Shown here: positions 12,032-25,430 of the stretch, piece after piece
How the letters are laid out: each line of letters begins with the position of its first letter
Position numbering within the stretch: the first letter of the stretch is position 1
NCBI GenBank assembly: GCA_964016885.1
Contig: OZ024743.1
Span: 154,256,001-154,320,000 of the forward strand
Reading direction: 5' to 3'
DNA from: Eledone cirrhosa
Lineage: Eukaryota
Length of the DNA stretch: 64,000 nt
Notes under the pieces: generated by a model
The model's input: the letters and a program-made list of their open reading frames with translations, nothing else
What the model was told of the DNA's origin: nothing
The model's database searches: none
Program-made: the position numbers and the translations under genes

Positions 12032-14071
12032 ATAAACTTCGGCCAGTTTGGTTTTAATAATGTTATTAGTAACCTTTTTGAGCTAGTATATACAGTATAT
12101 ACTAATATAAATGGTTTTGACTTGTAATATAGTAGGATATCGTGCTTTAAATTATAAAAGGGTACAATAGATAAATTGAATTCCAACCTAAGCAAGAAGA
12201 AATAATCTGAAGTTGATAAAGAAATATAATTTGCTTTCAGACACATTATAGTATCTACAGTCTGAGAAACTTTCCAGCTCAACAGATAACTTAATTGTGC
12301 ATTTCAGTTGGGGCACATAAGTCTACGTAAGACATGTTGCAAAACGTTTTATCATGATGTTCTCATTCTCTATTACTAAATTTAGGGTACTAATACCAAA
12401 AATCATATTAGTTTTTTCTCATTCCGCATCTACAGAGTTATACTTATAATTCCAGATTTGTTTTACCTACATAACTACATACCCTTTTTTTTCGTATTGG
12501 AAATCGTTTTAGAATTTGGCATTTAGAGAACATAATATTCCTTCACATAATTTCTATTATATTTTTCTATACTGTGTTCAAACCAAACTACCATTGTGAA
12601 TGGTGTCGGTACAAATTCTGAAAAGGATAAAGACTGTATTTTGAAATGCATTCCTCTAAATAGAATAAGCTTCCCTACTCTAATAGAGTAAGCTTTCCTA
12701 TTAAATCTCTCAATCTGTACTAAGAAGGTTAAGAGGTTTCAGAAGAACTCACAATATGTATAGAGCCAAAAATCATCATGATGACTGCCACTTTTGTAAA
12801 AGTAATATAACAGAATGCAAACAGTTTTAAACAAGGCATATATTTTAGTTCCCTTTTTGTACTAGGTGCATCTTGGTGAAATTTTATCAATATCACTATC
12901 ACTATGAAATATAATTAATATTAGTTATAGATGATACAAACTGTTAGTAATTGAAAGCACTATAAATGTTACAATGAAGCTCATATCCATCTCTCCTTCT
13001 TGCTCACTCGGTACAAATAAAAGACGACACAAATATTTTAAACATATACCTATCAGAATGAAGTATGCAGAATATAAATGTGATGTGTGTCTCTATGATG
13101 GGTTTGGGGGTTGAATGCAGAAAATATTCTTGTCTCATTTATCTCCGGGATAGAAATGCTGTTGATTGTCATTAATGGAAAGAGGCCGTTAAAACAGAAA
13201 TTTCACCCAGCTAAGTTACATGTTCGGTAGTCTTTTGTCGAACCCCAACATTTCTATTGCCTCTCTTTTACATAAAATCTGAATTAATAATACAGTTTTT
13301 AAAGGACTTAGATTTTGGCGGTTTTTAAGAAATTTGTATTTTATTTCTAAATGTAGCTAATGTCAAAGTTAAGAGTGAAATATTTATTGGACTTGAAGTA
13401 ATTGTGATACATACTTTAGAAAATTGCTTGAAAGAATAATTGTCTCATCCTGTATTTGTCCTTTTAACGGGAGAGTCAGTGAACATTTTCAAGAGTGCCT
13501 GGAATTTCTGTTTTATATGCCACTCAGTAAATTAGTAAATTATTTAAACTATTCTCACTCTGGCTTAGAAGTATGTGAACTGATATGATCTGTGAGGCAG
13601 AGGTTTCACCAGTTCATTTACAGTCCCTCAATTGACGCGTTAAAAGCAATTCATTTCACGTCAGTACAAAACTCAATTGTGTCGAAGACTTCTTTCTGTT
13701 TGGGATTCAATTATGTATTTTGTTGAAAGCCATAATCCTATAAATGTGCCAAACAATTGTTATTATTAAGAATTTGTTTTACAGCATTGTAAATTCATAC
13801 GAAGATAATGTTCTGAGAATTTCTGATTAAGTTTCTATTTTTAAAATGTCTTGTATTATATCGATACTAGTTATATTATTGAAGTGTATTTGATCGCTTA
13901 ATTATATCACATATCGAAGATAGATTTCTTACATGGAGTGAACTTCCGTAAACTTCAGCTACATAACAGCCTACTATTTATTATCTGACAGAGATATACT
14001 TAGGAACGAATAATGACATGATGCTGAATGAAAACAAAAGCAATATATACACACACACACACCGACCGAAT

Positions 14072-14115
14072 ATGGAATGATACGCGATGGAGCTCCGCCA
14101 CAGCCCCGGCGGTTA
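14072..14115 (-). mobile_element. Short 3' tail of the CRE-like element at 27.3 kb
   Basis: TGGAATGATACGCGATGGAGCTCCGCCACAGCCCCGGCGG matches 27345-27383. Confidence 0.6.
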
Positions 14116-14799
14116 CATGAGATCGTATTTTTACATAAGTTGTTATTAGTGTGATTTGTATTTCAGGATAAATAAAAAGATAAAAACATTTCTCTTTATT
14201 AACGAAGCAATCGAAATACAGTTTTACCAGAGTCGATTAAGAAGCTGAAAACCTAGAAAGCCACAAGCACGTCAACAAGCCTCATTCGTATGTCAGGGGA
14301 GAGAACAAATAAATGAACAAATGTCTCAAAATGTACAGGTTGAAATGTTCAATATACCTGTAATTAATAACACCTGAAATGTGTAACTTTAAATAGAATT
14401 AATATTTTTATATTTCGTTGCGCTACATTCATATTTGTCACACAATGCCGTAAGTGTAGATGAAGTTATTATTTCCGTATTGCTGTTATTTTAGATTCGA
14501 GGTGGAGAACTTGCAGCCTTCTGAAAGAAATATATTTGAATGAAAATCATTATACTGAATTATATTTATGTTGATTCAATATTGTCTAAAAGGTTTTTTC
14601 ATCTATGATGATCAATATTTTACAATCTATAAAAGAAAAGAAGCAAACATATCAATGCCAAAAACATACAAAGAGAGGCCCTTATGCTTTTATCATCTTG
14701 CAGTCGAGCAACTGGGATAACAATGTAGAATAAGAACACATTACACCACTAACACCTCCGTCACAATGGTAGTAATATAAATGGTCATTAGCATTTGTG

Positions 14800-14888
14800 G
14801 CTACTGCTGCTGCTACTATAAATATTATTACTACTACTACTACTACTACTACTACGACTACTACTACGACTGCTGCTGCTGCTGCTGT

Positions 14889-14959
<71 letters not shown>

Positions 14960-14960
14960 T
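14800..14960. repeat. Compound (ACT)n/(GCT)n microsatellite
   Basis: Directly visible. It explains the poly-T, poly-V, poly-S and poly-Y ORFs. Confidence 0.95.
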
Positions 14961-15322
14961 TGCTGCTGCTGCTCCTGCTGGTCCTCCTACTGGTGTTTCT
15001 GGTGCTGTTGTTGCTGTGGTTACAACTATTGTTATTGCTGCTGCTCCTTCTACCACACCTTATCATTTTGTCTTCGAGCTCAACCTCACAAACCAACAAC
15101 ACACAATGACTGAAATGGAGAGAGTGAAACCACGGAAAACAGCTTTGTTCTTCATACTGAAGTTTAACAAAGACACGTTTCAACATTACCTAAACTAAAC
15201 ATTTCGATACCATATTCCCCTGGAACATTTACCGGAAACACATTGGTTGAAAGATGTACGAGTAGAAAGATATATTTTCAGTATGAGAAAAAAACAATAA
15301 AATAACCAAAAAGAAAAATAAT

Positions 15323-15505
15323 TGTTTCTGCTTTTGGCACAAGGCCAGCAATTACCCAGAGCATTACTGGTACTTTATTTTATCGACCCCGTAAGGATGA
15401 AAGGCAAAGTTAACCTCGGCGGCATTTGAACTCAGAATGGCAAGGGCCGTAACTCTATGCATCAAAGCATGGCATCCAACCCTCTACCGATACTGCCAAT
15501 TCACC
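15323..15505 (-). mobile_element. tRNA-derived SINE, full length
   Basis: B box GAGTTCAAATGCC and body ACTTTGCCTTTCATCCTTACGGGGTCGATAAAATAAAGTACCAGT. The 14-bp TSD is AAAAGAAAAATAAT (15309-15322 / 15507-15520). Confidence 0.9.
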
Positions 15506-15854
15506 AAAAAGAAAAATAATGAAGGGAATAAAGTAAACTTTAACGCCGATTAAATTGTTCTGTCCAAGACAACGACACTGACACCAACACCTTCAATAGC
15601 ATTACAATAGTCATCACAACCATCTGCGATACAGTACACTGAACCCAAAAGAGGGTTTAACGGCTCTAGTAACCTTTATATTTATGGTACAGAATAATGT
15701 ATCAGTACTCGATCCTCTGTACAGTTCATTATCATTGCCCCAGGAGGGAGATACTCGAGGTACTTGCACCATCAGATATAGGCATAAAAACGGCAGAAAG
15801 TGTTCAAGGTGTGGGGATTGTCACCAGCTCCACACACAAACAGACATACATAAT

Positions 15855-15946
<92 letters not shown>

Positions 15947-15950
15947 TTGA

Positions 15951-16060
15951 CGATTTGTTAAGCCTCCATTACGTACATTGATTGGTGACGCGCGTTTCAC
16001 TATTGATCTGCTCAAGGTTCGATCTGTATCGATCTGCCCCGACTCTGGCATTAAAATCTC
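15951..16060 (-). mobile_element. pLTR fragment with a hammerhead 3' half
   Basis: Homologous to 20750-20850. Contains GAAA-CGCGCG-UC/ACC. Confidence 0.6.
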
Positions 16061-16098
16061 GTCGAAACTCTGTTGCTCTAATGGCATAATGGACCGTG

Positions 16099-16144
<46 letters not shown>

Positions 16145-16146
<2 letters not shown>

Positions 16147-16912
16147 CGCCACTCGCCTTACGGTCGAACAACGAACTATCTTCATCTTACAGACCCACAC
16201 TCCCCCCGGCCTGAACTCCCACCCTTATTCCTTTAGCCTTCGAAAAAATGTTTTTCTCCACACGGCACCTACACCCACAACACGCTTAAACTCCACACAC
16301 GCGTGCTTTCCACCACATATTTACACCCTCAGCCTCCTGATTCCTCTCCCCCCACCCCTCTATCCACACACGCACAGACACTCCGACCCACAAACCCCCC
16401 CACACACACACCTCTTCCTGAACATGTAACCCCGTTCTTCCCCCCAACCCTTACTTTCACATACACACACATACACACACACACGCACACCTACACACAC
16501 ACACCACCTTCAGCCCTCCCCGCTCGGACACCCCGTCTCCCTCTCCCCACTCCACCCACCACCACCCCTACATACCCCACACCCTTCCACCACCTGTTTA
16601 CCCCCCTTTTAATTTCAGTTTATTTTGATCATGCCTTTATTTTTAAATTTATCTCATTCCTTGTATTTTGATCATGGTTTATTTTCATTTTATCTTTATT
16701 TTTTATATTTTCATTCGCACCGTTTCCTTTCGCTATATGTCTCTCCGCCACTCCCCTACACACCCTTTGAACTCTGTTCCCACACACTTCTCACCTGAGG
16801 AAGGGCTAATGCCCGAAACGTCGTCCCCCACCAACACCCCACTCTCCAGAGCGTGAAATTAATAAACATTCGTTGTACTGCCTCTCTGTTTTGTCCCTGT
16901 TCAAATGTTTCC

Positions 16913-16915
<3 letters not shown>
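16145..16915 (+). mobile_element. PLE 3' end (GIY-YIG C-terminus + pLTR)
   Basis: RLTVEQRTIFILQTHTPPGLN matches the R..E...I..L.T..P.GLN tail. A hammerhead core follows at 16795 and AATAAA at 16861, flanked by (TA)n. Confidence 0.8.
16793..16824 (+). ncRNA. Minimal hammerhead motif with a very short stem I
   Basis: AC-CUGAGGA-A-GGGC(UAAU)GCCC-GAAA-CG-UC/GU. Confidence 0.65.
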
Positions 16916-16988
<73 letters not shown>

Positions 16989-17479
16989 TATGTATATATA
17001 TGAGCTACAAATACTGGTTATTTAGAAGCCGGGTAATGCGTGTTTGGTAAAAATGCCAAGGTAATAAGAAAGATGAATAAAAACACAATGTACTGAAATA
17101 AAAGAGTGAGGATGATAGAAAGTTTCATAGCAATTTTTAATGATCTCAAATAAATTCGGATTTTCTATCCATTATCAAGTGGGTTCGTAAATGAGAGCTC
17201 AGGGAGAAACATGAGTAATATTGTGGGCAGCTGTTCTCTCTATTTTGAATGAAATAAAACGTTAATGTTTAATGTTGTTGTAAAACGTCTGTAAGGAGAA
17301 CGTGTGTGAGTATGTGTATGATTATGCGCATGCTTGTTTCCGTTGGTGTAAGTGTTTATATATAGTGAAGAACTAATTTTTAAGGATAAGTGAATAAAGG
17401 TGTGTGAGCGTAGTTGCTCTGCAACAATTGTGTTGATCACTCAAAAGCAATAAGGAATTTTCTGTTGTTTGCATTAGTC

Positions 17480-18290
17480 GTATTAAACTGGGCTGCGTAC
17501 TAGACCTGGCAGCTGAGATGATGGCAAAATGGTATATTTAGGTTGGACAATTTAGATTAGCCATTGTGCCACATTCCTTTCCACACTATTGGCAATGGGT
17601 GGGGGTTAGTTGTTTAATCAAGAGTGTATTCTTGATTCTCAGGGTGCCTATACCGCGCTCGGTAGCCACTATGGAGGTGATTTTTATTGCTGTTCCTGCT
17701 TCCGCATTTCATGATGTATTTGCGAAAGGAAGGTGAAAGGTTCGAATAGTGCTGACAATGAAGAATTGGCAACATGTGTCACATTCCTACATGTACACCA
17801 CTTAGGCACGCAGGTAACAATCAGTGTTGTGGGTATGCATCTGTTATCTTCACTGGGGGAGGGGCGTTGTCTTGAGGATAGGCATCTCCACAGGCATAGT
17901 CCCGTGTGTACTAGTCTGATATTGAGGTCCGCTATCCTGATGGCTTTGCGCATGGCGTTGGTAGTAGTCTCTTTGCTGAGCTGTGGGATCTTGAGGTGCT
18001 AACTATTTTCTGTGTTCGTCCAGTCTCTGCGTCTGGGGATTCGTCGTGTGTTTGAGAAGAATAATGGGTAGTCATTGGTTTCTAACACCCCTAGGAAGAG
18101 TCTGACATGGGTAGCTCTATTTTTAGCGTCGCTGCATCTATTGTGCATGCAAGCAATTTCATTAGAAATGTACCTTTTTTAGAACTGTTTGTGGAGTAAG
18201 ATTTGTAGTAGACAAACTGGTCCCTGCTGGCCGCTTTGCGGTAGAAATCGGTGTGAATTTCTCCGCTTTCGGTGATGCTCAATCTGAGGT
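17480..18290 (-). pseudogene. Decayed PLE RT thumb / GIY-YIG region
   Basis: GEIHTDFYRKAASRDQFVYYKSY...SKKG resembles the PLE TD.YRK..S.HP...K.G motif. Cys-containing endonuclease remnants lie downstream. Confidence 0.65.
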
Positions 18291-18735
18291 GGCGCAGAGA
18301 TTTATGATATTACATGCGTCTTTAATACAAACTTTCAACAAAAACTACTATTAAGAGAAAATAGACTAATATCTTCACGATACCACACTACTAAAAGGTG
18401 CTTTATGCGCTTATGGCTGTGTAATACCGTGCCACACATTAACTTAGTCAATGTTAACTGCAATGAATTTCAGAAACAAAGAGTATTCATAGATATTTAG
18501 TGCCGTGGAAATCATCGCCTCTGTTTTTTTTTTTATTGTTGTTTACTTCCCTAATAACTATACCTCGTAGTTATCAACGCATTGTGGTGAGATGCACTCT
18601 CTTTAATGCATCTAAACTTCAGTGACATACAGCGGACACAGTCGAAGTGCGGGAATTGTCCTTATGCTTGTGTTTCACTTACGTTTTCTAAACAATATGT
18701 ATTAGAAACCACACAGTGCCTTATATATATATATA

Positions 18736-18806
<71 letters not shown>

Positions 18807-19644
18807 TACACAATAATCAAAGCTGTGTTCAAATCATTTTATTGCTGATAGTCGTTTCTTCCAAGCTATCGTTTGGATTCATCGGAGCACTAGCAATGTT
18901 TGTACATACAATTAACTTCCTATTCAACTGAACAATCATATAGATACATGGTTATTAATGTTGTCAACATCAGTTTCGTATTTACAGAGTGGAATGGATG
19001 CGACATAGATTTCAAGAGAATTGTACAATAATTAAAGTTCAAAATTAAAATTTAAAAATTAAAAATTAAAAGTTAAAAAGGCACAGAGTGGAATGCATGC
19101 GACATAGATTACAAGGGAATAGTATAACAATTAGAGGCATTAAGGTAGAAAGTTACTGGAAAAACGAGGACACTACCAGTACATATGCAAGCGTAAAGTG
19201 AGTGAAAATGCATGAGGCACGTACAGGAAGGAAACAAGCAATGGTACTAGGCATATATAATTTCTGCAAGGGAAAGGTATCCCATAAAATAACATGTGTA
19301 CAAGCATATCAAGCAGGTAAGTCTGTTTTTGTATTAAAATTATGGGTTTATGGTGGATGTCGTGTGACGGTTGTTTCTATAATTTTTAAATGTATATGTG
19401 CTGAGAGTATGAATGTTATTGCTATCTTTTCCATCACGTTGGCTATATTTTATTTCAGTGAATGTTTTAATCAGTCATAGCCATGAATTGTACACCGGTC
19501 CTATTATATTGGTATCCGGGGTTCGATTTGCTGTGGAGTGATTCTTCTAACGGTTTAATTTCCGGAAGTGTGTTTGATCTATATTAAGGGGAGGTTATAT
19601 GAAAGAGGAGTTAACTAGCGAATTACATTGTAAATGATATAAGA

Positions 19645-20039
19645 AGCTAGAAACAGGTAAAGTTGTTTACAGCTTCGATTAGTTAAATTCTTTGTTATAA
19701 GTGAATCCCTTTTATACAATTCTATTTGTTTATATTTAATTTTAAATAAAATCTATTTTCCTATAATACATTAAAGGTCTCATTATATTGTTATCTATCC
19801 ATTACTGAATAAAGTATAATAAAGCTATAGGAAGAAATGTATAGTTGTTTACAGCTCCAATTAGTTAAATCTCCTGTGCTATTAATATACATTATATTAT
19901 GTTATAAATGAATCCCTTATATATAATGCTATTAATTTATATATTTAATTTAAAATATAATTTATTTTCCTATAATACATTAAGTGTCTCATCATATTAT
20001 TATCTATCCGTTAGTGAATATAATATAAGCAAGCTATAG
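19645..20039. repeat. Diverged tandem duplication (about 180-215-bp unit)
   Basis: AGTTGTTTACAGCT...TTTTCCTATAATACATTAA...TTATCTATCC...AAGCTATAG occurs twice. Confidence 0.8.
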
Positions 20040-20542
20040 TGGTTATATTAAATCGTGTTAGCTTTATGTTTATTCCTAATAGTTATATAGTATAAAGTTT
20101 GAGATAAAAAGGAGTTAGGTAGAGTGATGAGATGATCATAGATACTGTGGGGGTACTTATATGCTGATAAGACCTAGAGGTGAAGTTTTAATGGTGGTGA
20201 GGAATTCAGATCTGACACTGTTATATATTAGCAGCTAGGTTTAAAGCTATAGAAAGATTGTCGGTTGTAGTGCTGATTTTATATTTAGGAGGTCTGGCTT
20301 AGAATAGATTATTGTTCGGGTCTCTAGAAGACACAGGTTACATAATTTATTTGGTGGTTTATATGATGCGGCCCTATCTACTATCCCCCATTGAAGTGTG
20401 TATGTATATGGAAGTGTATATTCGGGCTCTGTAAAACATCTGAAATATTTACATTCAGCTCTATTTTCTTACTGGTAATAAGGTAGTAATGAATTACTGA
20501 TCTTTCCTGGTTATTGTTCTATATAGTGTATACGTACCTATA

Positions 20543-20592
<50 letters not shown>

Positions 20593-20602
20593 TTATATAT
20601 AT

Positions 20603-20732
<130 letters not shown>

Positions 20733-20782
20733 GAATAGGATAACAAGTACGATTGGTTACTCCTTCATTACGTTTATTGGTT

Positions 20783-20865
20783 GCTGACTCGCGTTTCGCC
20801 ACTGATCACCTCAAGGTTCGATCTATATCGATCTGACCTGACTCTGTAATCTGCGGCTTCAGACC
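20783..20865 (-). ncRNA. Degenerate hammerhead with a long stem II
   Basis: GGU-CUGAA(G)-GCCGC-A-GAUUAC...GUGAUC-A-GUGGC-GAAA-CGCGAG-UC/AGC. The core is shortened by a small deletion. Confidence 0.5.
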
Positions 20866-21209
20866 CCTTGTAATGGTAATGGAAAAATGAATACATAATG
20901 TATGATAAAGTCAGAACTTCCAACGGTGTTCATTAAAGTTTCTTTTGATGGGTTGATTAGTTCATAGGGATGTTTTTGCCTGTAGCGTATGAGGGGTGTA
21001 GGTGTGTTGAAAAGTTGGTGGTGTCGTTCGCAGGTTGAAGTGGGCGGTTCTGGCTGTCGATAGACAGTTTGGCATGTAGATGTGGCTGATGTTTGTGTGT
21101 GGTGTGGGTGTGGTGTTGTTGTTTGTGATAAAAATGAAATGTTGCGGTATTTATGGTGATGTGATGATTGTGTTCGTGGTTTATACAACCCTAGGACACC
21201 GAGGACTTC

Positions 21210-23140
21210 AATTAAGGCCCACAAACCGGAATTTCAGTCAACATTACCGATCAGTCTCATAGCACCCTCTAAATCAGACCTAGGTAGATCAAGCAAATGC
21301 ATCATTGACCGGATAATACCAGATCTAAGAAATATGACTAAACTCAGCTTCTGGTCCTGTACGAAGGAGGTAATCGACTGATTCTCCGGCATTGAAACCA
21401 AGGCGGACGTTTGATTCGTCCACATAGACATTGGGAACTACTACGCCGCTATATCCCCGGTCATCCTAAAGAAGGCACTCATCTCAGCCATGAACAGATC
21501 AAGCCTCACCATAAAGGAGGTAGACATACTAGTAGCTAGGAAAACTTTAATAGAATTTGACGTTAAATTATGGGAACGACAACATAGACTAAATAGCTTC
21601 GAAATTACTATGGGGTCTAGTGACTCCGCACAGGTTACAGATACAGTAGGCCTATACCTCCTAGATATAATAACGGACGAGATCCCCACCATGGGCCGAG
21701 ATTTGTGCCGGGACGACGCCCTACTCATAGCCCACGGACTCAATAATAGCCAATTAGATAGACTACACAATCAACTTAGATATATCTTTAAGATCCAAGG
21801 ATTAGCGGTAGAAATAGAATCCAACAGTAGGATAGTAAACTTCTTAGACGTCACATTAGAATTAGACACATATCTCCACCGCCCATACCATAAACCCAAC
21901 GAAATCCTGAACTATGTCAACAGACCACCATAGGAGCATAATTAACTCAATTATTAAAAGCGTTTCCTACAGAGTGTCAACCCTGTCGGTGAACATAACT
22001 ATCTTCAACCAGCACGCGGAATACTATAACTCCGCACTTGAAAAGGCTGGGTACAATGAGAAGATAACTTAGAATGAGCAAACTAGAACCACAGAGCCGC
22101 TAAACCCAATCAAACCCTTATAAACCCATATAGACGAACACACCCCACCTAGAACTAATACTAAGCAAAGACCACGCATAGCCGGCAGGACAGGCAGCGT
22201 GACACACAACTGCCATGGAGATAATACTATACTCTCCAACCCAAGTAAGGACTCTGAATATCGCACATGACGATGTAATAATACAGACCCGAGACTTAAC
22301 GACAATAGAAAAGCAGGAACCCCCATGACAAATACGCCTGACCAAAATGCACCCATGCATCCGGCAAACCAAAACAACAACCACACTAATAACCGTAAAG
22401 CCCGAAGAACACCCGTACTCTATACCGGTTGCCACCAATATACCGGGAACCTTCTTCAGATCTCTGGAAAAATCCTTCCCACCAACACATAAATAACACA
22501 AGCTCTTTAATAGACACACTGTCAAATTCTCCTTCTCCAAAACACCAAATCTAGGCGACACGATAGCACAGGCAAATAGGACAAAAACACATGATAGTAG
22601 CACAACCAACCACTAGCACAACCCAACACGAAATAACGCACACAACACAACGCAACAACCTACATGTCAGCTCTACACAGGATACTAACAACCGACAACG
22701 TGGCAATAACCCCATAACCTCCAACTGCAAAAAGTGGGTAGAATGCCTAATAAACGGGGAGTGTCTTGTTAAAAACATTATTTACCGCTGCGATGTCACA
22801 GCGGGCCGAAAAGAGTACTCCTACATAGGGGCGACATCGACTACGCTGAAGGAATATTGGTATAACCACAAAAGCTCCTTCAAACAAAAGCCCAAACGAT
22901 CCCAAACAAAACTAGCGGACATGATTTGGAACCTCAAAGACAAGAAATGGAATACCAGATCAAGTGGTCAGTTAAAAGACGTGGGCATCAACTCCTCAAC
23001 GACAAAAACTACTTCAGATTATGCCTGGCCGAAGCGGCTGAGATCATTAAATTGAAATCGGCCATAAACTCAAGATCTAACATAATTACGAACTGCAGAC
23101 ACAACAGAATGACAACCTTCTCTGCACAAACATTCGGCCG
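21210..23140 (+). pseudogene. Penelope-like RT + GIY-YIG ORF, disrupted
   Basis: KAHKPEF...SKSDLGRSSKCIIDRI, FVHIDIGNYY, ITMGSSDSAQVTD, LCRDDAL, VNFLDVTL, PYHKPN, NC...CLINGECLVKNIIY...YSYIGAT...NHKSSF and CRH, with stops and frameshifts. Confidence 0.92.
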
Positions 23141-24304
23141 AGGACCAACCACTAACTCTGACCCAACACAGGGATAACCACCTTTGCTTTTCCACACCGT
23201 CCCTCATCTCAATACATATGTCTTCTATAGCATGTAACCCATGGTAAGATCAGATCTTGTAAATATCAAGTCGCACCAGAACCACCACCAACAACAACAA
23301 ACACATCGCCACACATGCCTCATCTCAATACCATTGTGTTCTGTGTCTTTTCTGTCAGGTATTAACTTGTAATCCATCGTAAAATTCTATCCTGTAAATA
23401 TGATGTCGAACAAATCACCCCCACAACCACCAACCACATCCCCATACGTCCACAATCCCTCAGTCCAGTATCCCATGTTCCCTATGTCACTTTTTAACCT
23501 TTAAGCCATCCTAAAATTCGACCCTGCATATATATGCACATGTATACATACATATGTATATGCATATGTGCATATATATCTATATTTTCCGCCCAATTAT
23601 TTCAGAATGTATATGATTCATTTGTCATTGAATACAGTATTTGTTTTATAGGCATCTTAGTACTATTCCGTATGACAACGCATTCAACAAATCCAATACG
23701 GATAGTATCTTGTGTTTTGAAAAGCCTTCCATATCTTCAACCACCTGGGAATTCAACACGTTTTACGAATACCTCTCGTGAAAGATCCGAATTCATTACT
23801 GACTGTGCTAATTATGATAACGGATAAAGGAAACTTTTTGTTTGATAACATGGAGTTATTCGCAATCCACATATAAGTGAATACTTTGCTTAATGTCATC
23901 AACGTTTAAAATAACCGATTAAAGAATGTAACTTCAAGGTGGTGCTGATTGAAATATGCATAAAATAAGCGATAATGCTTGTTTGTATTTCTGGAATAAT
24001 GTTGACAAAAATAAGCCTCAGATTTCATGAATAAACAAAGTTTGATTTGATATCAGCACTTTCACAAGCCATTAGTTGGATATGTGATAAAGTGTGCTTG
24101 CGGCTACTTACACCATATCGTTTTATATCCCAAAAGGAAATTATTTCAGCTGTTGCTTTCCAGAAGTGATTTGTGCTGAGAGTATGCGGATGACCACACC
24201 AAATAAGCGGGTATTGATGTCATATGGCACAACTAGAATTAAAGAATTGAGAATTTAATATATCTAAAATGATAAATTATACAACAAACCTCAACCCTAA
24301 AAGA

Positions 24305-25430
24305 CAGGGGCACCAAACTACGGCCCGCGGGTCGGATCAAGCCCGCGACGTCAGTTCATCAGGTCCGCCGACGGTACTTGCATTTGCGTGATAAAACGGA
24401 TGGAACACGAGATGTTTCTAATTCAATGTCTTTTTCATTTTCAGATCCCGTTTTCTTCACCCTTTATTATGGCTACTAAGAAACGAAAAGTGGATACCGA
24501 GTGTCGCGTTTTTTCAATGAAGAATGGGGAGTAAAGTCTTTCTTTGTGGAAACAAAGGACCAGAAAGCTAGTTGCGTGGTATGCAGCGAAAGTGTTGCCG
24601 TTTTGAAAGGATACAATCTTCGGCGTCATTATGAAACAAAACATCTATCAACATATTCAAAGTTTTCTGGAAAGTTACGCTTTAAGAAATATGAGTCCAT
24701 GAAACGTGGTTTTGAAACTCAAAGAAATCTCTTCACGAGAAAGTTTGGTGAAAATGAATCTGTCACTCGTACAAGTTACAAAATAGTGCATAAGTTGGCA
24801 GAGCGAGGAAAACCGTTTACTGATGGCAACTTCATCAAAGAGTGTGATGGAAGCAGCAAATGACCTGTGTCCTGAGAAAGCCGATTTGTTTGGAAATATC
24901 AGCCTTTCGGCAAATTCAGTTGTGCGGAGAAGAGAAGAACTTGGAGAGAACATAGTGCTACAGATACGCGAGAAAGCTAGGAACTTGTTGTGGTATTCTC
25001 TGGGGCTGGATGAGTCTACTGATCTCTCGAGTACGTCACAACTTCTCGTGTTCATTCGTGGTGTCAATTTGGACTTTCAGATAACGGAAAAGTTGGTATC
25101 CGTTTCCTGCAAGCATGGAACAACAACTGGAAAATACATGTTCATGGAAGTGCAGAAATCTTTGCAAGACTATAACCTTCAGTGGAATCAGCTTCGAGGT
25201 GTTACAGTTGATGGAGGAAAAAACATGGCTGGAGTGAGGAAGGGTCTGGTCGGGCAGATCAGGACTCAGGTGGAAGATTTGCAAATTTCGGGCGCTCTGT
25301 TCATACACTGTATCATAAATCAGCAAGCATTCTGTGAACAAGACTTGGATATTTCTTGTGTACTGAAATCCGTCGTTTCTGCTGTGAACTTCATTCGGGG
25401 ACATGCACTCAATCACCGTTAGTTCAAACA
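24305..25430 (+). mobile_element. hAT transposon (Buster/SPIN-like, GTF2IRD2-type transposase), 3'-truncated
   Basis: Left TIR CAGGGGCACCAAACTACGGCCCGCGGG. The ORF starts at ATG 24469 (MATKKRKVD) and contains the BED finger CVVC...RRHYETKH, SLGLDESTD, VTVDGGKNM and HCII. There are two frameshifts and a stop at 25420-25422. Confidence 0.92.
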
